Of a stretch of DNA of 64,000 bases, positions 41,920-53,299 are shown piece by piece (the stretch's first letter is position 1; each line of letters starts with the position of its first letter). The position numbers were made by a program, and so were the translations under genes. Origin of the DNA: Thainema sp. (lineage in GTDB: Bacteria; Cyanobacteriota; Cyanobacteriia; Phormidesmidales; Phormidesmidaceae); assembly GCA_052168235.1 (NCBI GenBank), contig JBQLZK010000004.1:133673-197672 (forward strand), given 5' to 3'. The notes under the pieces are model-generated. The model was not told the DNA's origin and did not search any database. It saw nothing but the letters and a program-made list of their open reading frames with translations.

Positions 41920-44538
41920 TTAGGTGGTTACGAGTTCAGCCGGGAGCCGCTTGAACGACAGCCGTTCATTTTCCACATCGACAAAGATGGTGTCTCCTTC
42001 AACGAACTGTCCGCGCAGGATGGACTTGGCGATTTGCGTTTCCAGTTCGCGCTGGATGGCCCGCTTCAGTGGACGCGCACCGTAGACGGGGTCGTAGCCC
42101 ACTTCGGCCAAGAAATCGAGTGCGCCATCGGATAGCCGCAAGGCCATCTTCTTATCGGCCAAGCGCTGCTCCAGTCGCTGAACCTGTAGCTTGACGATTT
42201 CGCGCAGTTGCTCTTTTCGTAGAGCGTGGAAGATGATCATCTCATCGACTCGGTTAAGGAACTCGGGACGGAACTGAGCACGGAGGGCATCCAAAACCCG
42301 CGATCGCATTTCTTCGTACTGATCATCATCGCTGACCACATCCAGAATGAACTGGGAACCAATGTTGGAGGTCATGATGATCACGGTGTTCTTGAAATCG
42401 ACCGTGTGTCCCTGTGCATCAGTGACACGACCGTCATCGAGGATTTGCAGCAACACGTTGAACACGTCGGGGTGCGCTTTCTCGATTTCGTCAAACAGGA
42501 TGACCGCGTAGGGACGCCGCCGAATGGCTTCCGTTAGCTGGCCACCTTCTTCATAGCCCACATATCCTGGAGGCGCACCGATCAGGCGAGCAACGTTGTG
42601 TTTCTCCATGTACTCTGACATGTCAATCCGCACCATTGCATCTTCGGTGTCAAATAGATAGGCAGCCAATGCTTTCGCCAACTCGGTTTTACCGACACCC
42701 GTAGGGCCAAGGAAGATAAAGCTAGCGGTGGGACGGTTGGGGTCTGCCAAGCCCGCTCGCGATCGCTGAATGGCATCGGCCACAGCGGTAACGGCTTCGT
42801 CTTGCCCAACGACTCGCTCGTGCAGCTCATCTTCAAGGTGCAGCAGCTTCTGCATTTCCGATTCAACTAGCTTGCTGACCGGAATGCCTGTCCACTTGGA
42901 GATGATTTCGGCGATATCCTCTTCCGTCACTTCTTCCCGCAGCAGAGTTTTGCCACTGGTTTGGGCATCATCTAAATTTGCTTCTGCTTGTTCCAGTTGC
43001 CGCTGAAGATCAGTCAATTTGCCGTACTTGAGCTGAGCCGCTGTATTCAAGTCATAGTCGCGCTCGGCCCTTTGAATTTCGATATTGACGTGATCAATCT
43101 CTTCCTTGATCGCCTGAATCTTTTCAATTACGTCCTTTTCGTTTTGCCACTGGGCGTTGAGACGCTGCTGATCTTGCTTCAAATCAGCAATTTCTTTTTT
43201 CAACCGACTCAAGCGCTCCATTGAAGCCATATCGGTTTCCTTTTGCAGTGAGAGTTTTTCCATCTCCATCTGCATAATTTTGCGATCTACCTCGTCCAGT
43301 TCCTCTGGCTTCGAGGTAATCTCCATCTTCAGCTTAGCCGCAGATTCGTCTACCAGGTCAATTGCCTTATCTGGCAAAAAGCGATCGCTAATATATCGCG
43401 TAGATAAGGTTGCCGCTGCCACCAGGGCATTGTCGGAAATTTTCACCCCGTGGTGGACTTCATAACGCTCTTTCAGACCGCGCAGGATGGAAATTGTGTC
43501 TTCCACACTGGGCTGATCGACGAACACCTGCTGGAAGCGGCGCTCCAGAGCGGCGTCTTTTTCAATGTACTTGCGATATTCATCCAGCGTCGTCGCACCA
43601 ATACAGCGCAGTTCGCCCCGCGCCAGCATCGGCTTCAGCAGGTTGCCCGCGTCCATTGCGCCTTGGGTGGCACCCGCGCCCACGACAGTGTGAATCTCGT
43701 CGATGAACAGAATGATTTGACCTTTGGAATCGGTGACTTCTTTCAGAACCGCTTTGAGCCGCTCCTCAAATTCACCGCGATACTTAGCACCCGCGATTAG
43801 CGCACCCATGTCCAGGGCAATGAGCTGACGGTCTTTCAAGGACTGGGGCACGTCACCCGCGATAATCCGCTGGGCTAAGCCTTCTGCGATCGCAGTTTTA
43901 CCGACACCGGGTTCACCGATCAGCACCGGGTTATTCTTGGTTCGACGCGACAAAATCTGAATGGTGCGCCGAATTTCATCGTCTCGGCCAATCACCGGGT
44001 CAAGTTTACCGCTGCGGGCATAGTCGGTTAGATCGCGACCATACTTTTGCAGCGCATCGTATTTCCCTTCTGGATTTTTGTCTGTCACTTTCTGACTGCC
44101 TCGAATCTCTTGAATAACGGTTCTAAGTTTTTTCTCGTCCAGGTTTAACTCTTGGAACAACCGCTGACCAAACCGCTCATCTTTCACATAGGCCAGCACT
44201 ACGTGCTCAATCGAAATAAACTCGTCGTCAAACTGTTTACGATAATTATCGGCTCGATCCAGCAGTGAATCTAGCGACCGTCCTAGATAAACTGAATCGC
44301 CGCTACCCGATACTTTGGGCTGTTTATTAATAAACTCTGATGTGCGATCGCGCACCTGCTGTACATTGGCACCCGCCCGACTCAAAATGCTGATAGCTAA
44401 ACCTTCCTGCTCCAGCAGCGCCTGCATCAAATGCTCAGATTCAATCTGCTGCTGCTGAGCCTGTTTCACCAAGTCCGGCGTCTGGGTAATCGCTTCCCAC
44501 GCTTTTTCTGTAAACTGATTGGGGTTAGTTGGTTGCAT
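41920..44538 (-). CDS. clpB: ATP-dependent chaperone ClpB
   Basis: Two AAA+ modules ([16 protein letters not shown]), middle coiled coil, 872 aa. Confidence 0.97.
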   Translation of the reverse strand: MQPTNPNQFTEKAWEAITQTPDLVKQAQQQQIESEHLMQALLEQEGLAISILSRAGANVQQVRDRTSEFINKQPKVSGSGDSVYLGRSLDSLLDRADNYRKQFDDEFISIEHVVLAYVKDERFGQRLFQELNLDEKKLRTVIQEIRGSQKVTDKNPEGKYDALQKYGRDLTDYARSGKLDPVIGRDDEIRRTIQILSRRTKNNPVLIGEPGVGKTAIAEGLAQRIIAGDVPQSLKDRQLIALDMGALIAGAKYRGEFEERLKAVLKEVTDSKGQIILFIDEIHTVVGAGATQGAMDAGNLLKPMLARGELRCIGATTLDEYRKYIEKDAALERRFQQVFVDQPSVEDTISILRGLKERYEVHHGVKISDNALVAAATLSTRYISDRFLPDKAIDLVDESAAKLKMEITSKPEELDEVDRKIMQMEMEKLSLQKETDMASMERLSRLKKEIADLKQDQQRLNAQWQNEKDVIEKIQAIKEEIDHVNIEIQRAERDYDLNTAAQLKYGKLTDLQRQLEQAEANLDDAQTSGKTLLREEVTEEDIAEIISKWTGIPVSKLVESEMQKLLHLEDELHERVVGQDEAVTAVADAIQRSRAGLADPNRPTASFIFLGPTGVGKTELAKALAAYLFDTEDAMVRIDMSEYMEKHNVARLIGAPPGYVGYEEGGQLTEAIRRRPYAVILFDEIEKAHPDVFNVLLQILDDGRVTDAQGHTVDFKNTVIIMTSNIGSQFILDVVSDDDQYEEMRSRVLDALRAQFRPEFLNRVDEMIIFHALRKEQLREIVKLQVQRLEQRLADKKMALRLSDGALDFLAEVGYDPVYGARPLKRAIQRELETQIAKSILRGQFVEGDTIFVDVENERLSFKRLPAELVTT

Positions 44539-44769
44539 ATGGCCTGAATCCCCTCAACGTTAGGGTTTCTCTTACTCTCTACTGTCTGAAACTGCTGTTT
44601 GCATTGTAGAAGTGAATGCGTCGCGACAAAGATCGGTGTTCACACCTATTTATAGAGGCATTGCCGCCCTCAGTCTAAGTACAAAATTCCATGTTCGGTA
44701 TCCAGCTCACAACGCATCTCAATGTAAAAGCCGATCTACGTCTCTAGGGTGATCTGATAAGATAGAAGA

Positions 44770-44922
44770 GTAGCTTTGCTCAAGCTATGCACTAATATTT
44801 GCTGCTGTAGCGTTCTGTACAGAATGTTATGGGACAGATGAGTCCAATAGTATGGACTTCATTATTAGAAAGCCTTGGCATATTTGTAGATCGCTTTTAG
44901 TCGGTCACTTCTACAGATGTGC
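44770..44922 (+). promoter_or_regulatory. Structured 5' leader (four hairpins) upstream of pmgA
   Basis: Consecutive stems whose mismatches are mostly G-U on the + strand; TGaTAAGAT extended -10-like element at ~44755-44763. Confidence 0.5.
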
Positions 44923-44957
44923 AGGGGATTGGGCACTTGAAAACTGAGAGGTTTTGA

Positions 44958-45410
44958 GTGATAGCCATTTCGTCGCGTGCGACTGAACTTGAATGGGGTA
45001 CGGTGAGCTTTGCTTCGACCCTTTATCTCTGTCCGATTTTGGATCTATTGCTAAAGGATATTCCTGCGCGATGGAAATCGGAGCTTCGGTTGGGGCTGCA
45101 AGAAGCTTTGGTCAACGCGGCCAAGCATGGTAACGATTTAGACCCGAAGAAGCAGGTTTCTGTCCGGTATTCCAAATCGAGCGGTCAGCACTGGTGGATT
45201 ATATCGGATCAGGGCGGAGGATTTGCACCGCCGACGACCTGCGTCAATTCTCCTGATGTGGACGAGATAGAGTCCGAGCTTAGCGAATGCGGGCGTGGAC
45301 TGCAGATACTCTATCAGATTTTTGACGAAGTTCAGTGGAATACGCACGGAACTGAACTCCGCCTCAGCAAAATTCTGCAGGGCTGTAGACGCGATCCGCT
45401 GATTGAATGA
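44958..45410 (+). CDS. pmgA: Anti-sigma-factor-like ATP-binding protein PmgA
   Basis: SFASTLYLCPILDLLL, ELRLGLQEALVNAAKHGN, DQGGGF, ECGRG. Confidence 0.85.
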   Translation: MIAISSRATELEWGTVSFASTLYLCPILDLLLKDIPARWKSELRLGLQEALVNAAKHGNDLDPKKQVSVRYSKSSGQHWWIISDQGGGFAPPTTCVNSPDVDEIESELSECGRGLQILYQIFDEVQWNTHGTELRLSKILQGCRRDPLIE

Positions 45411-45466
45411 GTAATTGAATAAATTTAGTTTTAATTAAACAGCCCAATAAGGCTTATAGCTTACAC

Positions 45467-45518
45467 AAAACCTCAGACGGGAGATTCTGCAGCTGCAAAA
45501 TCTCCCGTCTGAGGTTTT
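45467..45518. terminator. 20-bp hairpin between convergent genes (bidirectional terminator)
   Basis: AAAACCTCAGACGGGAGATT...AATCTCCCGTCTGAGGTTTT. Confidence 0.75.
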
Positions 45519-45538
45519 ATAGATTTACAAACGCAGGA

Positions 45539-46201
45539 TTAAAACTGAGCGTCTGTGGTCATGCAAGATGAATCCGTGATTGACTTGAGCCGTTGGCTCA
45601 GCTCGTATAATCCAGTCATTTCACCAGCCTGTAATGTATTCACCACCTCCGTTGCGGTGAGTTGATTAATCTCGGCTTGGTTAAATTGGCAGGTGCGCGT
45701 TTGATGAATGATGGCACCATCATGTGCGATCGCAGCAAATCGGGCTTCTACAGTACATTGATTTCCTTGCCAACCTAAAATTTGCCGTTCAACACTCATG
45801 TGTTGAGCTTCAGACGGCGTGCAGGTTTTAAGTTGATTCAAATAAGCAAGCGTTTCATTTAGCTCCGCTGGTGCGGTATCGGATAACTCACTCGTTAACG
45901 ATTTGGGGGCCGAATCTGCTAATGCAGGCTTTATCCATGCGTAAACGGCTGCCTGTCGAATCAACGGTTGATTGTCTGATGATATTGATTTTGGTAATTC
46001 AATTGATTTAAGCACAGACCAAAATGACGGGGCTGAGGTCGGTAAGGTTGTGGATTGGGGTTGAGATTCTAAATTAGCAATCTCAAATGATGGTTCGATG
46101 CTCCCTGTAGTTTGCCAGTTTGAGCTGGCGGTCACTGCGATGATAGTGGCTGTTAGTGCGATCGCAGTGGCAAAAAAATCCAACTTAGTAGCATGTGACA
46201 T
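45539..46201 (-). CDS. Hypothetical exported protein with a Cys-containing C-terminal domain
   Basis: N-terminal hydrophobic segment, Ser/Pro/Thr linker, four Cys in the C-terminal ~95 aa. Confidence 0.6.
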   Translation of the reverse strand: MSHATKLDFFATAIALTATIIAVTASSNWQTTGSIEPSFEIANLESQPQSTTLPTSAPSFWSVLKSIELPKSISSDNQPLIRQAAVYAWIKPALADSAPKSLTSELSDTAPAELNETLAYLNQLKTCTPSEAQHMSVERQILGWQGNQCTVEARFAAIAHDGAIIHQTRTCQFNQAEINQLTATEVVNTLQAGEMTGLYELSQRLKSITDSSCMTTDAQF

Positions 46202-46505
46202 CGACCATTCCCTTTCAGCGTAATCAGTTAATACTGACTAGATAGATGTAATTAATGTTTCATAAATACAATGATTGTTTTGTACAGATCACTGAATAGA
46301 TGAAACGAGTTCAACCTAGATCAGTCATCATTCCTAATTACTAGGATTCCCTTTATTCAGTCAATTAGCTTGGTCGATAGCACTGAACTCAACCACTGCA
46401 TAACATTTTAATTCAACCGTGTTTATACGGTTAAGACATATCTGGATTTACGTATTTATAAATACCTAAAGAAAGGAGCCAGTATTTATACGATTGATCT
46501 GTTCT

Positions 46506-47438
46506 TCACCACACTCTGGGCATACAGGATGGTCGATTTAAATAGTCAGGTCGCAGTTGTTGCCAAACGGCGACAAACCAGCGGCGAGCAGCTTGGCTAG
46601 ATGTCCCTCGGTAGCGACAGATCAGGCCGTGATTCAAACGAGTCACGCCGATATCGGGTTGCTGATCAGAAGATTTTCCCAGCAAAGACAGTCCAATCTG
46701 CCGTGCCTGTGCAACCTGCTCCGGCGTAACCGCATGTCCCACCAGCGCAAATGTGCCGACGACAGACTGACTATTCAGACCGTGGGGACTCTGGATTCGA
46801 GCCAGACTACCCTCTAGCCGCTGCCGATCAATCCAAAGCGGTTGACCTGCTTGCCACACTTCCAAGTGCGATCGCCAATTGCCGTCAGTGAACTGTTCGC
46901 CTCTAGCACTGCGCCCGAAGCGGGTAATATCCCAACCGCACCAGATGGCATTCTCTGCTAAATCGACTCGCAAGGACTGCTGAAACTGCGCCGCGTTGAA
47001 CACAATCGTTTCCTGGGGAAACCATTCCAAACTGGCCTGTTCCTCAATTTGAATCTGCGTCGTTTGCTGCGCGATCGCACCTGTGCTGCGATAAACCTTA
47101 TGAGCCGCAGCAGTGGTAATCAGGGCATGAGACTGGGGCTGGAGCCGAATCTGATAGTCCAGCAAATCACCGCCAACCATGCCACCAGCGGTATGCACCA
47201 TGACGCTGTGGCAAACTTCGGCTCCTTCTGGGTAAAACGGTCGCTGAATCCGCAGCGGTGCTTGGGTTTCGGGATGAATTAAGCGGGTTTGACCGTCTGC
47301 AACGGCGTAATTGAGCGCCAGTTTGCCACGCCAACCGGATTTAGAATTCGCAGAGGAAGGTGCGATCGCGATCGCAGTTACATTTCCCTTCAATTGATGA
47401 TCACCCGAATTATTCATTCCAGTTTGCTCTAAATCCAT
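46506..47438 (-). CDS. ureD: Urease accessory protein UreD
   Basis: PLRIQRPFYPEG, HTAGGMVGGD, LEWFPQETI, C-terminal PRVW. Confidence 0.93.
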   Translation of the reverse strand: MDLEQTGMNNSGDHQLKGNVTAIAIAPSSANSKSGWRGKLALNYAVADGQTRLIHPETQAPLRIQRPFYPEGAEVCHSVMVHTAGGMVGGDLLDYQIRLQPQSHALITTAAAHKVYRSTGAIAQQTTQIQIEEQASLEWFPQETIVFNAAQFQQSLRVDLAENAIWCGWDITRFGRSARGEQFTDGNWRSHLEVWQAGQPLWIDRQRLEGSLARIQSPHGLNSQSVVGTFALVGHAVTPEQVAQARQIGLSLLGKSSDQQPDIGVTRLNHGLICRYRGTSSQAARRWFVAVWQQLRPDYLNRPSCMPRVW

Positions 47439-47468
47439 TGCAGAACTTATGCGAGAGGTGCGATCTCA

Positions 47469-48425
47469 CTACATACCCTTTAGCAAAGTCATCCGATCAA
47501 GAATCTCTCCAGAGAGCATCATCCACTCATGGAGACGCTTATCTTTATCTTTCCTGAGGTTACTCTCAGTTGGTTCGTAAGCAACTAGAGGACGATGTTC
47601 AGCTTCTGACTTGCGAACAATATCAGCATTTGAAATACAATTTCTGAAAACTAAGCTTTCTAATCCGCGATTGTAATATTTCTGGAAACGCTGGCTATTT
47701 TCTTGTTCCCATCGAAAAAACTCTTGACTCCAGCGTTCATTCTCAATGGTAGATTTGCTATCAACTCTCGAATAAAGCACACCAAGAAGTTCTGCTTTAC
47801 AATTTGCTTTACAACGCTTCAGTTTATCAACACAAGCAAGAACTTTATCAAGACCCCAATGCGAATATGCGTCTAGCAAAATTGGTACGATGTAGTAATG
47901 ACTGAGCAGTAGCCCATTTAATGTAACTAAACTTAAGCTAGGCGGACAATCAATAATGATGTGTGTATAAACCCGCTCTTTTTCTTCTCGAAGTTTATTA
48001 AGCGCATTGAATAGAATATCTGTAGCACTCATATAGTAGCGCTGATAGCGGACAAGTTCGTCCTGAATATCAAACAAATCTAATCCAGATGGAATTAGAT
48101 CTAAGCCAAGCCCTGGGATGGGAGTTTCGTGGCGAATTTCTGTTAGGTCGAATGACTCATCACTGTCATGACGTTGTAATTCATGCTTAAAAAGATTGAC
48201 AACAGTTCGGTTGGAATCATATTGCTCCTGTTGCAATAACGTTAGCGAAGCATTGCTTTGAGGATCTAAGTCAATAAGCAGTACCCGTGCTGGCTTTTGA
48301 GTGCCACCTTGTTTAATCTTGTAAAACTTAGCGATTGTAGCTGCTACATTTACCGCAGTTGTCGTTTTACCAACTCCACCCTTCAGATTGATAAAGCTGA
48401 TAACTTTTGCATTGCCAACTCTCAT
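47469..48425 (-). CDS. ParA/Soj-family ATPase (orphan, AT-rich)
   Basis: [26 protein letters not shown]. Confidence 0.88.
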   Translation of the reverse strand: MRVGNAKVISFINLKGGVGKTTTAVNVAATIAKFYKIKQGGTQKPARVLLIDLDPQSNASLTLLQQEQYDSNRTVVNLFKHELQRHDSDESFDLTEIRHETPIPGLGLDLIPSGLDLFDIQDELVRYQRYYMSATDILFNALNKLREEKERVYTHIIIDCPPSLSLVTLNGLLLSHYYIVPILLDAYSHWGLDKVLACVDKLKRCKANCKAELLGVLYSRVDSKSTIENERWSQEFFRWEQENSQRFQKYYNRGLESLVFRNCISNADIVRKSEAEHRPLVAYEPTESNLRKDKDKRLHEWMMLSGEILDRMTLLKGM

Positions 48426-48763
48426 GGAACTAATTAATCCCTGCTAACTTCCTTATTGGTTAGACGAAATTGAGTGTTGAAATGATTCATGAACAATTCC
48501 AATTTAGACAATAAAATCTGTTGTGTCATTTCCCCAGGTTTTACTTAAGTGCAATCGCAGATCGTGTAAGTTACTTTGCTGATAAGCAAACACACCATTA
48601 ATGGATATCAAGCGGTGCGTTACGGCTGCGCCTAACAGCACCCTACAAGAGAGGCGAGATCGCGTTGCTCAAACCATTAAGAATCACTACGAAACCATTT
48701 AAGCGGGTCGCCAAATCCTGCTACTTCTGAAAGAATCGCATTCTTTAGCACTCTGGTTTTAAC

Positions 48764-49507
48764 ATGTCAGCGCTTTCTTCTCCCTCTTCTGAATCGTTGC
48801 GCCAGCAGCAGCATCCCCTGATTCGTCAACTGGCCGACGTGATTGAGTCTACGTGGCAAACGCATCTAGAACTGTCGCCCTATCAGTTGCCTGAGGATTT
48901 AGGCTACGTCGAAGGACGATTGGAAGGGGAAAAGCTGATTATCGAAAATCGCTGCTACCAGTCGCCCGAATTTCGCAAAATGCACCTGGAACTGGCGCGG
49001 GTCGGCACGTCGCTGGATATCCTACACTGCGTCATGTTCCCCAATCCTGAATATGCCCTGCCGATGTTCGGCTGCGACCTCGTCGGGGGTCGAGGCCAAA
49101 TCAGCGCCGCGATCGCAGATCTCTCCCCCACCAGTCCCGACCGTCAGCTTTCAGCCGCTTACAAAGAAAACCTTAACTTGCCCCAGTTCGACTATTCCCA
49201 GCGGCGCGATTTGCCCACCTGGGGCGATATTTTCTCCGAAGTGTGCCTGTTCATCCGGCCCGATGGCGAAGCCGAAGAAGCCGCATTTCTAGGCTACGTG
49301 ACCCAGATGCTAACCGTTCACTGCCAGCAGGCACGGGCGACAGCGGCAACACCGGAGTTGCGATCGCAGATTCTGGCGGGTCAACAGCGCTACTGCACCC
49401 AACAGCGCCAAAACGACAAGACGCGGCGAGTGCTGGAAAAAGCGTTCGGTGAAGCCTGGGCAGAGCGGTATATGACGACGGTGCTGTTTGATTTGCCAGA
49501 CGAATAG
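48764..49507 (+). CDS. pcyA: Phycocyanobilin:ferredoxin oxidoreductase
   Basis: [41 protein letters not shown]. Confidence 0.96.
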   Translation: MSALSSPSSESLRQQQHPLIRQLADVIESTWQTHLELSPYQLPEDLGYVEGRLEGEKLIIENRCYQSPEFRKMHLELARVGTSLDILHCVMFPNPEYALPMFGCDLVGGRGQISAAIADLSPTSPDRQLSAAYKENLNLPQFDYSQRRDLPTWGDIFSEVCLFIRPDGEAEEAAFLGYVTQMLTVHCQQARATAATPELRSQILAGQQRYCTQQRQNDKTRRVLEKAFGEAWAERYMTTVLFDLPDE

Positions 49508-49540
49508 ATTTTAGAATTTTGGATTTTAGATTTTGGATTG
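49507..49540. repeat. Heptamer tandem repeats ATTTT(A/G)G (STRR-like)
   Basis: GATTTTAGAATTTTGGATTTTAGATTTTGGATTG directly after pcyA. Confidence 0.7.
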
Positions 49541-49939
49541 ATTGGCTGAATTTCAATTAACGACAAGGGGCGGGTTTTGTTGATTCGCTTGGACTCAGGC
49601 CGATCAGCTAACGGCTAAACCCGCCCTTACACCTATATTCAATGAGATCCATGAAATCTAAGACCAACATCATCAGTTCTTACGTCTCGTCAACATCGAT
49701 CAAACAAAATCGGCTCCTGCACCTGCGGTATAGTTCGTGCTGTGGGAATAGGTGTTTGAGAGTATGTCCTCAGATACCTCTAAAACCGGGTTTGCCTAAA
49801 CCTCGGACTGAAATTTATCGGAGAAACGTTAAGGTTTCGTTCTGAGGCTGCCAAATCTCGATATTCTTAGGTATAGAAGCCGCAGAAAATCGTGAATTCC
49901 AGATACATTTCTGCTTTATTTCATTGTGTTTGACCATCG

Positions 49940-50587
49940 GTGAATCAATCTCTTGCGCCCAAAATCCTGGTTGTCCTCAACGGCAAAGGCGGTGTTGGCA
50001 AAACAACGACCGCAGTGAATCTAGCCGCTGTCTGGGCAGAAAAGCTGTCTGTTCTGTTAGTTGATGCCGATCCGCAAGGATCAGCAAGCTGGTGGGTCAA
50101 TCGCGATCGCACTGGCATGGGGTTCGATTTGGCCCAGGAAACCGATCCAGAACTGCTGCGAGAACTGCATCAGGTGAAGGATTACCAGTTGATTGTGGTG
50201 GATACGCCCCCGGCGTTAGCTTCGGCGGCACTGGCCGCTGTTATTCCTGCCGCCGACTATCTGTTGCTGCCGACCCCTCCAGCGGCAATGGACTTGGCCG
50301 CACTGATTGAAACGGTACGCACAGCCGTGCAGCCCGCGAAGGTAAGCTATCGAGTCTTACTGACGCGCGTCGATCCGCGTAGCATTCGCGAAACACAAGA
50401 AGCTCAAGAGACGCTGGCGGAATGCCAAATCCCCGCTTGCCAGGGATTTATCCGCAGTTACAAAGCCCATGAACGGGCTGCATTAGAAGGGACATCCATT
50501 GTACGATGGCGGGGCAAACAAAGCCGCGCTGCCGAAGCAGATTATCGCCAAGTTGCCAACGAAATTCAGCAGGATTGGAGGTCATAA
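49940..50587 (+). CDS. mcdA: ParA-family ATPase, probable carboxysome-positioning McdA (type 2)
   Basis: [19 protein letters not shown] (double Trp), no N-terminal HTH; coupled to a coiled-coil partner. Confidence 0.75.
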   Translation: MNQSLAPKILVVLNGKGGVGKTTTAVNLAAVWAEKLSVLLVDADPQGSASWWVNRDRTGMGFDLAQETDPELLRELHQVKDYQLIVVDTPPALASAALAAVIPAADYLLLPTPPAAMDLAALIETVRTAVQPAKVSYRVLLTRVDPRSIRETQEAQETLAECQIPACQGFIRSYKAHERAALEGTSIVRWRGKQSRAAEADYRQVANEIQQDWRS

Positions 50588-51468
50588 TGGCTAAGAAACG
50601 CTTATCTGATTTATTACGAGAAGAAGCTCAAGCCCCAGACTCGACTGATCAATCACCTGATCAGTCGAACGATGCAGAGCCAGAGGTTGAAACAAATGCT
50701 GCGATCGCAACGGTAGATACCACCGCAGTAGACGTAGACGATCAACCATCGGATCAATTCTCAACTACCTCTAGTGAGGCGGATTTCGATGAAGCGGATG
50801 ACGACACTGATGATCACGTTAAACGCTCCAGCCGCACTACTAAAGCTGAGCTGAACGACATGATTACCGATTTAGAATCTAAGCTGGATGCAGCACGGGA
50901 AACAGAATCAGCCCTCAATCAGCAGGTGCAAGATCTAGAGGCTGACTTACAAGAGCAATCTGTTATGGTTAAACAGCTCCAGGCAAAGCTTGATCCGACA
51001 CAGCAACAAATTCAAGATTTGCAGGCTGAACTGAAGCAGCAGCAAAAGTTAACGCACCAGCTTCAGACTGAACTAAACCAAACCCAGCAGCTGAAACAGG
51101 AACTCGCAGAAGCGAAGCAAACGATTTTGCAGCTTACAGAAGTCAATCAAAATCTACAGTCTTCAGCCGCTTCAGCTCCAGTCTCAGCCCGTTCAACACC
51201 AGCCCCAGCCCGCCCAGGTGCAGCAATAGTGCCTCGTCGCGGCCCAATTCAGCGTCCGGTTGCCACCTCAGCATCTTTGACTGCACAGCCAGAAAGTGTG
51301 CCTGAGCTGGAAGACACTAATCCAGCCCGCCCGGTCGCTAGTCACGGCATTAATCCTCAGTCGTACTACCATCCTGAACCGAAGCGGCTCCGGCGACAGT
51401 CTGTCGTCCCAGCTAAATCGACTCAGAACAGCATGTTGTCGGATGATGACATCGGTTGGGTTGACTAA
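50587..51468 (+). CDS. mcdB: Probable McdB (charged N-terminus, Gln-rich coiled coil, C-terminal Trp)
   Basis: ATG overlaps the mcdA stop (TAATG); [13 protein letters not shown]...QQQ coiled coil...DDIGWVD. Confidence 0.72.
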   Translation: MAKKRLSDLLREEAQAPDSTDQSPDQSNDAEPEVETNAAIATVDTTAVDVDDQPSDQFSTTSSEADFDEADDDTDDHVKRSSRTTKAELNDMITDLESKLDAARETESALNQQVQDLEADLQEQSVMVKQLQAKLDPTQQQIQDLQAELKQQQKLTHQLQTELNQTQQLKQELAEAKQTILQLTEVNQNLQSSAASAPVSARSTPAPARPGAAIVPRRGPIQRPVATSASLTAQPESVPELEDTNPARPVASHGINPQSYYHPEPKRLRRQSVVPAKSTQNSMLSDDDIGWVD

Positions 51469-51669
51469 GTTGTGAGTGCTGAACAAAAATCCTCTGAATT
51501 CCTATTACCGGGAACTCAGAGGATCTCACATGGATTGAAATATCACTGATTGCGAATGCTGGCGAACAGCTCGCAAGAGTTAATACCGTTTCTCTACACT
51601 GTGACTACAAACTAATTTTCAGCACTGTCCCGTCTGTAACACTCGCTCATAGAACTGGTATAGCCTGTG

Positions 51670-52635
51670 CTAGCTGGCTGAGCCATTCTCAGCGTTGCCG
51701 ACCATTGCCCGAATTCCCTCAATCGTTGCGGGAATATTGCGGGGATCCATAAACATCACCTTGCTGCTGTTGCTGGTACCGATCTCAGCTCCCATCGCCA
51801 TGTACTGCTGTGTGAGCAAGAATTTCAGAGCTTCATGCGTTTGTGGGTCAGCACTAATGGTCTTCGTGATAATCTGCATCGCTTCTGACGTAGCCTGGGC
51901 CCGCAGCACCTCCTGCTGGCGCTGAGCTTGAGCTTTAAGGACGATGGTTTTCTGCTCTGCTTCAGCGTCTAGAATGACAGCCTTTTGCCGAGCTTCGGCT
52001 TCTAAGACGCGGGCTTCTGCCGCACCACGGGCGGAGTTGACGACTGCTTCCCGTTCCCCTTCGGAGGTGAGAATGGCGGCCCGCTTGCGCCGTTCAGCGG
52101 CCATTTGCAGCTCCATTGAGTCCTGCACGGCTTTAGACGGGACAATGTCTCGCAGTTCTACCCGAGTGACTTTTACACCCCAAGGGTCGGTGGCAACATC
52201 CAGTTCCCGCAGCAGAATCTCATTTACTTCCGATCGGGCGGTAAAGGTTTCATCTAGCTCCAGCTTGCCGACTTCAGATCGAATCTGAGTTAGAACGAGG
52301 TTGGTCATTGCAGATTGGAGGTTTTCGACCTTGTAATAGGCTTTTTCAATGTTCATAATCCGCCAGTACACCACTGCGTCTACGGTAATGGAGACGTTGT
52401 CGCGGGTGACGCACTGCTGCGGCGGAATATCCAGTACTCGCTCCCGAATGGTTTGCTGATAGACAACCCGCTCCACGACGGGAATGACAATGTTCAGACC
52501 GGGGCCGAGTTTCTTGCCGTTGTAACGGCCCAGGTTTTCCACCAGAGCTTCATTTCCCTGGTTAATAATCTTGACCGAACTGGCGACGGTGCTGCCACCC
52601 AGAACCAGAACAATGAGCCAAGCGAACGGATTCAT
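51670..52635 (-). CDS. SPFH/stomatin (band 7) protein
   Basis: [41 protein letters not shown] before ATG 52635. Confidence 0.92.
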   Translation of the reverse strand: MNPFAWLIVLVLGGSTVASSVKIINQGNEALVENLGRYNGKKLGPGLNIVIPVVERVVYQQTIRERVLDIPPQQCVTRDNVSITVDAVVYWRIMNIEKAYYKVENLQSAMTNLVLTQIRSEVGKLELDETFTARSEVNEILLRELDVATDPWGVKVTRVELRDIVPSKAVQDSMELQMAAERRKRAAILTSEGEREAVVNSARGAAEARVLEAEARQKAVILDAEAEQKTIVLKAQAQRQQEVLRAQATSEAMQIITKTISADPQTHEALKFLLTQQYMAMGAEIGTSNSSKVMFMDPRNIPATIEGIRAMVGNAENGSAS

Positions 52636-52677
52636 GTTGAAACTCCTTAAACTACTGTAGCGAGTCAAACGCCTAAA

Positions 52678-53103
52678 TTATGGGCGCAATAAGCGATCTG
52701 GCAAAACATATAGAGTTGTGCCTTTGCGCCGCACGACATGTACCGATTCATCCGCTGCGATCGCAATTTCGTCATCTTCGCAGCGGGCCTGCCACGAATT
52801 CCCTTCGTAAATCACCCGTCCCGTTTTTCCAGGCGGGATTGCCGTCAGGGTACGAGCTTCACGACTTTCTTCCAACTCTCTGGGAGTTGACGTGGGCAAA
52901 AAACGCCGCAGTAATAGATTGCAAAGTACAGATAACGCGATCCACAGGACGACCTGTGCGCCAAAGCTCGGCATAATGAGGGCCACAGCGGCCACAATTA
53001 ATGCACTGATGCCAAGCGTAAATTCGATGAATGCGGTGGGTAGAAATAGTTCCATCAGGCAGAACACGAGTCCTACCACGACCCAAAACATAGGTGAACT
53101 CAT
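52678..53103 (-). CDS. NfeD family protein
   Basis: N-terminal TMs, GRVIYEGNSWQARC OB fold; upstream of stomatin. Confidence 0.9.
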   Translation of the reverse strand: MSSPMFWVVVGLVFCLMELFLPTAFIEFTLGISALIVAAVALIMPSFGAQVVLWIALSVLCNLLLRRFLPTSTPRELEESREARTLTAIPPGKTGRVIYEGNSWQARCEDDEIAIAADESVHVVRRKGTTLYVLPDRLLRP

Positions 53104-53190
53104 GAGTCGTTTTGCACAAACCTCTGTGCCACTGTAGATATATTCAATGTCTGCAACCGATTTTCCCGATAAATTCTCAGATAGTGGTGC

Positions 53191-53299
53191 TTATATGAAA
53201 TCCGCTGATAAAAACCAGTTTTTATTTTTTGTAAAAGTCAGGCATGGCCTGACTTTTACAAAAAATAGTTCGGGTTCTTTCTAGCTGGATTTCGTATAA
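53191..53299. mobile_element. Family A element, most complete copy: 13-bp TIRs around a 21-bp perfect stem
   Basis: TTATATGAAATCC ... GGATTTCGTATAA (12/13); TATTTTTTGTAAAAGTCAGGC-ATG-GCCTGACTTTTACAAAAAATA at 53223-53267. Confidence 0.8.

Noticed and set aside
44630..44710. K-box/CIRCE heat-shock element upstream of clpB
   Set aside because: GTTCGG is present but the rest does not fit the K-box consensus, and there is no CIRCE inverted repeat.
46506..47438. Isolated ureD as a broken urease operon
   Set aside because: Urease genes are often scattered in cyanobacteria and the ORF is intact.
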